Part shown: in pieces, positions 62,160 through 64,000 of the stretch
How positions within the stretch are numbered: the first letter of the stretch is position 1
Layout of the letters: every line of letters begins with the position of its first letter
Source: Octopus sinensis
Lineage: Eukaryota
Assembly: GCF_006345805.1 (NCBI RefSeq)
Contig: NC_043000.1
Location: 76,508,001 to 76,572,000, forward strand
Length of the DNA: 64,000 nucleotides
Direction: 5' to 3'
The notes under the pieces: generated by a model
What the model was told of the DNA's origin: nothing
What the model saw: only the letters and a program-made list of their open reading frames with translations
Database searches by the model: none
Position numbers and translations under genes: made by a program

Positions 62160-63540
62160 GATGGCCGTCCACTCGTGACCGAGGAAGACCATTGCCGACC
62201 TTCAGGAACATTGTGCTCTCTAGGACTAGCTTATATTTTGCATTTGCGGCTCCGTTAGTGGCTAATGAGCCCTGCTCTTGACAAGCATACATGACTGCAA
62301 ACATTGCAAACCAAGCTTTCCCCATTCACTATACGAACCGTGCGCTTTCGCGCAGCTCGCTTAAGTTCTTCATGCTGGATACGTGCTCTCTCAAAAGTGT
62401 CGATCCCCTCCTTAACCTGCTTCCTCCATCTGTGGTGATGACAGGCATTGTTTTCCCAGTCAGTGTTCTGCATATCAGAGGCCTTTAATGAGGACTTGAC
62501 ACAGTCCTTAAATCGCAGCCTTGGTTTCTGCTGGAGTCTCCTTCCATTCACACGTTCTCCATAGAGCATCTGCTTAGGAATCCTTCTATCCTTCATTCTA
62601 ATAAGGTGTCCAGTCCAACGCAACCGGTGCTTGTGCACCATCGCCTCAATACTCAAGATATCAGCTGTCCTCAGGATCTGTGTGTCTGGAATTTTTGAGG
62701 TCCAGCCAACATTGAGAATGTGTCTGAGACATCTCTGATGAAAACGTTCAAGGACCCTTACCTGACGTTTGTACAGAGTCCATGTCTCACATGAGTAGAG
62801 AAGCGATGTCAGTACACAAGCACGGTACACAGCAACTTTTGTTCTCCTTGCGATGCCATGTTGGGACCAGACACGAGACTGAAGAGACCGGAAGGAATTA
62901 GTTGCTCTCTGCAACCTGAAAGATATTTCCTCATCCAGGGAGCAAGAACGGCTAAGCCCAAGTAGACAAACTTGTCTACTATCTTCAGAATTGTTCCTTC
63001 AACCAAGATAGCTGGTTCTATATATGGATTTCCTGGTGCAGGCTGGAACATTACAACAGTCTTGTCCAGGCTAATGCTGAGTCCAAATGCCCTGAAAGAA
63101 GCAGAAATGCAATTCATGAGTATTTGCATGTCATCCACTGTATGAGTGACTAAGTCACAGTCATCTGCATAAAGGAGGTCACGAATAATAGACTGGGAAA
63201 CCTTTGAATTGGCAGCAAATCGGCGAAGATTAAAGAGGCGGCCAGAAGATCGGTATCTGACATATATTCCCAGAGAGCTAACCTTAGCAAAAGCATGAGT
63301 AAAAGCAGCAGCAAAGTACAAAGAAAAGAGAGTTGGGGCAAGGATGTCACCCTGCTTGATACCATTCTCTACATGGCACCACCAACATTGACCCAAGCCT
63401 CCATCCCATCATGAAATGATTTAATTATAGATACAAAGTGATCCGGACATCCAAGTTTGCCAAGTATTTTCCATAGAAAGGCCCTATTTACAGTATCAAA
63501 GGCCTTAGTTAAATCAATGAATACCTGGACAAGATCCATA
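62160..63540 (-). mobile_element. 5'-truncated RTE-clade LINE (RT plus C-terminal zinc finger)
   Basis: [44 protein letters not shown]...PKQMLYGE, CNVC...GLISH; frameshifts; (TATG)n at both ends on the element strand. Confidence 0.93.
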
Positions 63541-63567
63541 TTCTACATACATACATACATACATACA

Positions 63568-63625
<58 letters not shown>

Positions 63626-64000
63626 TGTTGTATGTATGTATGTATGTATGTATGTATGTATGTATATATGTATGTATGTATGTATGTAGCATGGCTGAAG
63701 CCTCAAGGCTGAAACATATAAAACAATCAAAGAATATATATATAGTATATATTATTTACTATTTATTATTTAATTGAACGCCACGCATCCATTTCCAAGT
63801 AAGTTTATCGCCACCTTTTTGATGCGACTCTTATCTATACTGTTTTCTTCCTCCATCCTTCTCTAATTCCCTTTTTCTTCTCCTCTCTCCTTCACCATTT
63901 TCTATCTCTCTCTCTCTTTACCCCTCTTTCTCTTTTCTCTCTCTCGTTGCTTACACGTGACCATCGCCCATCTTTCTTTTCCAGCACGGACGTTCAAAAG

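Overview
Eukaryotic, AT-rich window dominated by repeats. The tRNA-derived SINE families and microsatellite density point to a cephalopod, probably Octopus (inference). Most long ORFs in the track are microsatellite artefacts. Main content: (i) 1.2-10.1 kb, an array of R4/Dong-clade (REL-endonuclease) retrotransposon pieces, each bounded by trinucleotide tracts, mostly (TAA)n; one ~480-bp 5' module is fused to three different 3' ends, and a non-autonomous LTR element (597-bp LTRs, tRNA-Trp PBS, PPT, AGTG TSD) is nested in one R4 copy; (ii) a near full-length Tx1/L1-clade LINE (20865-26172) inserted in (TC)n; (iii) DNA transposon relics: Tigger MITE, pogo, hAT, Tc1 MITE, full-length mariner and two Helitrons, one of which splits a Penelope ORF exactly at A|T; (iv) several Penelope-like (GIY-YIG/RT) relics and RTE LINEs; (v) eight minimal type-I hammerhead ribozyme-like motifs, including one with a compensatory U3-A8 core and a tandemly duplicated pair; (vi) one convincing host coding exon of an unidentified gene (57928-58509) with a probable terminal exon. 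All alignments and folds were done by eye.
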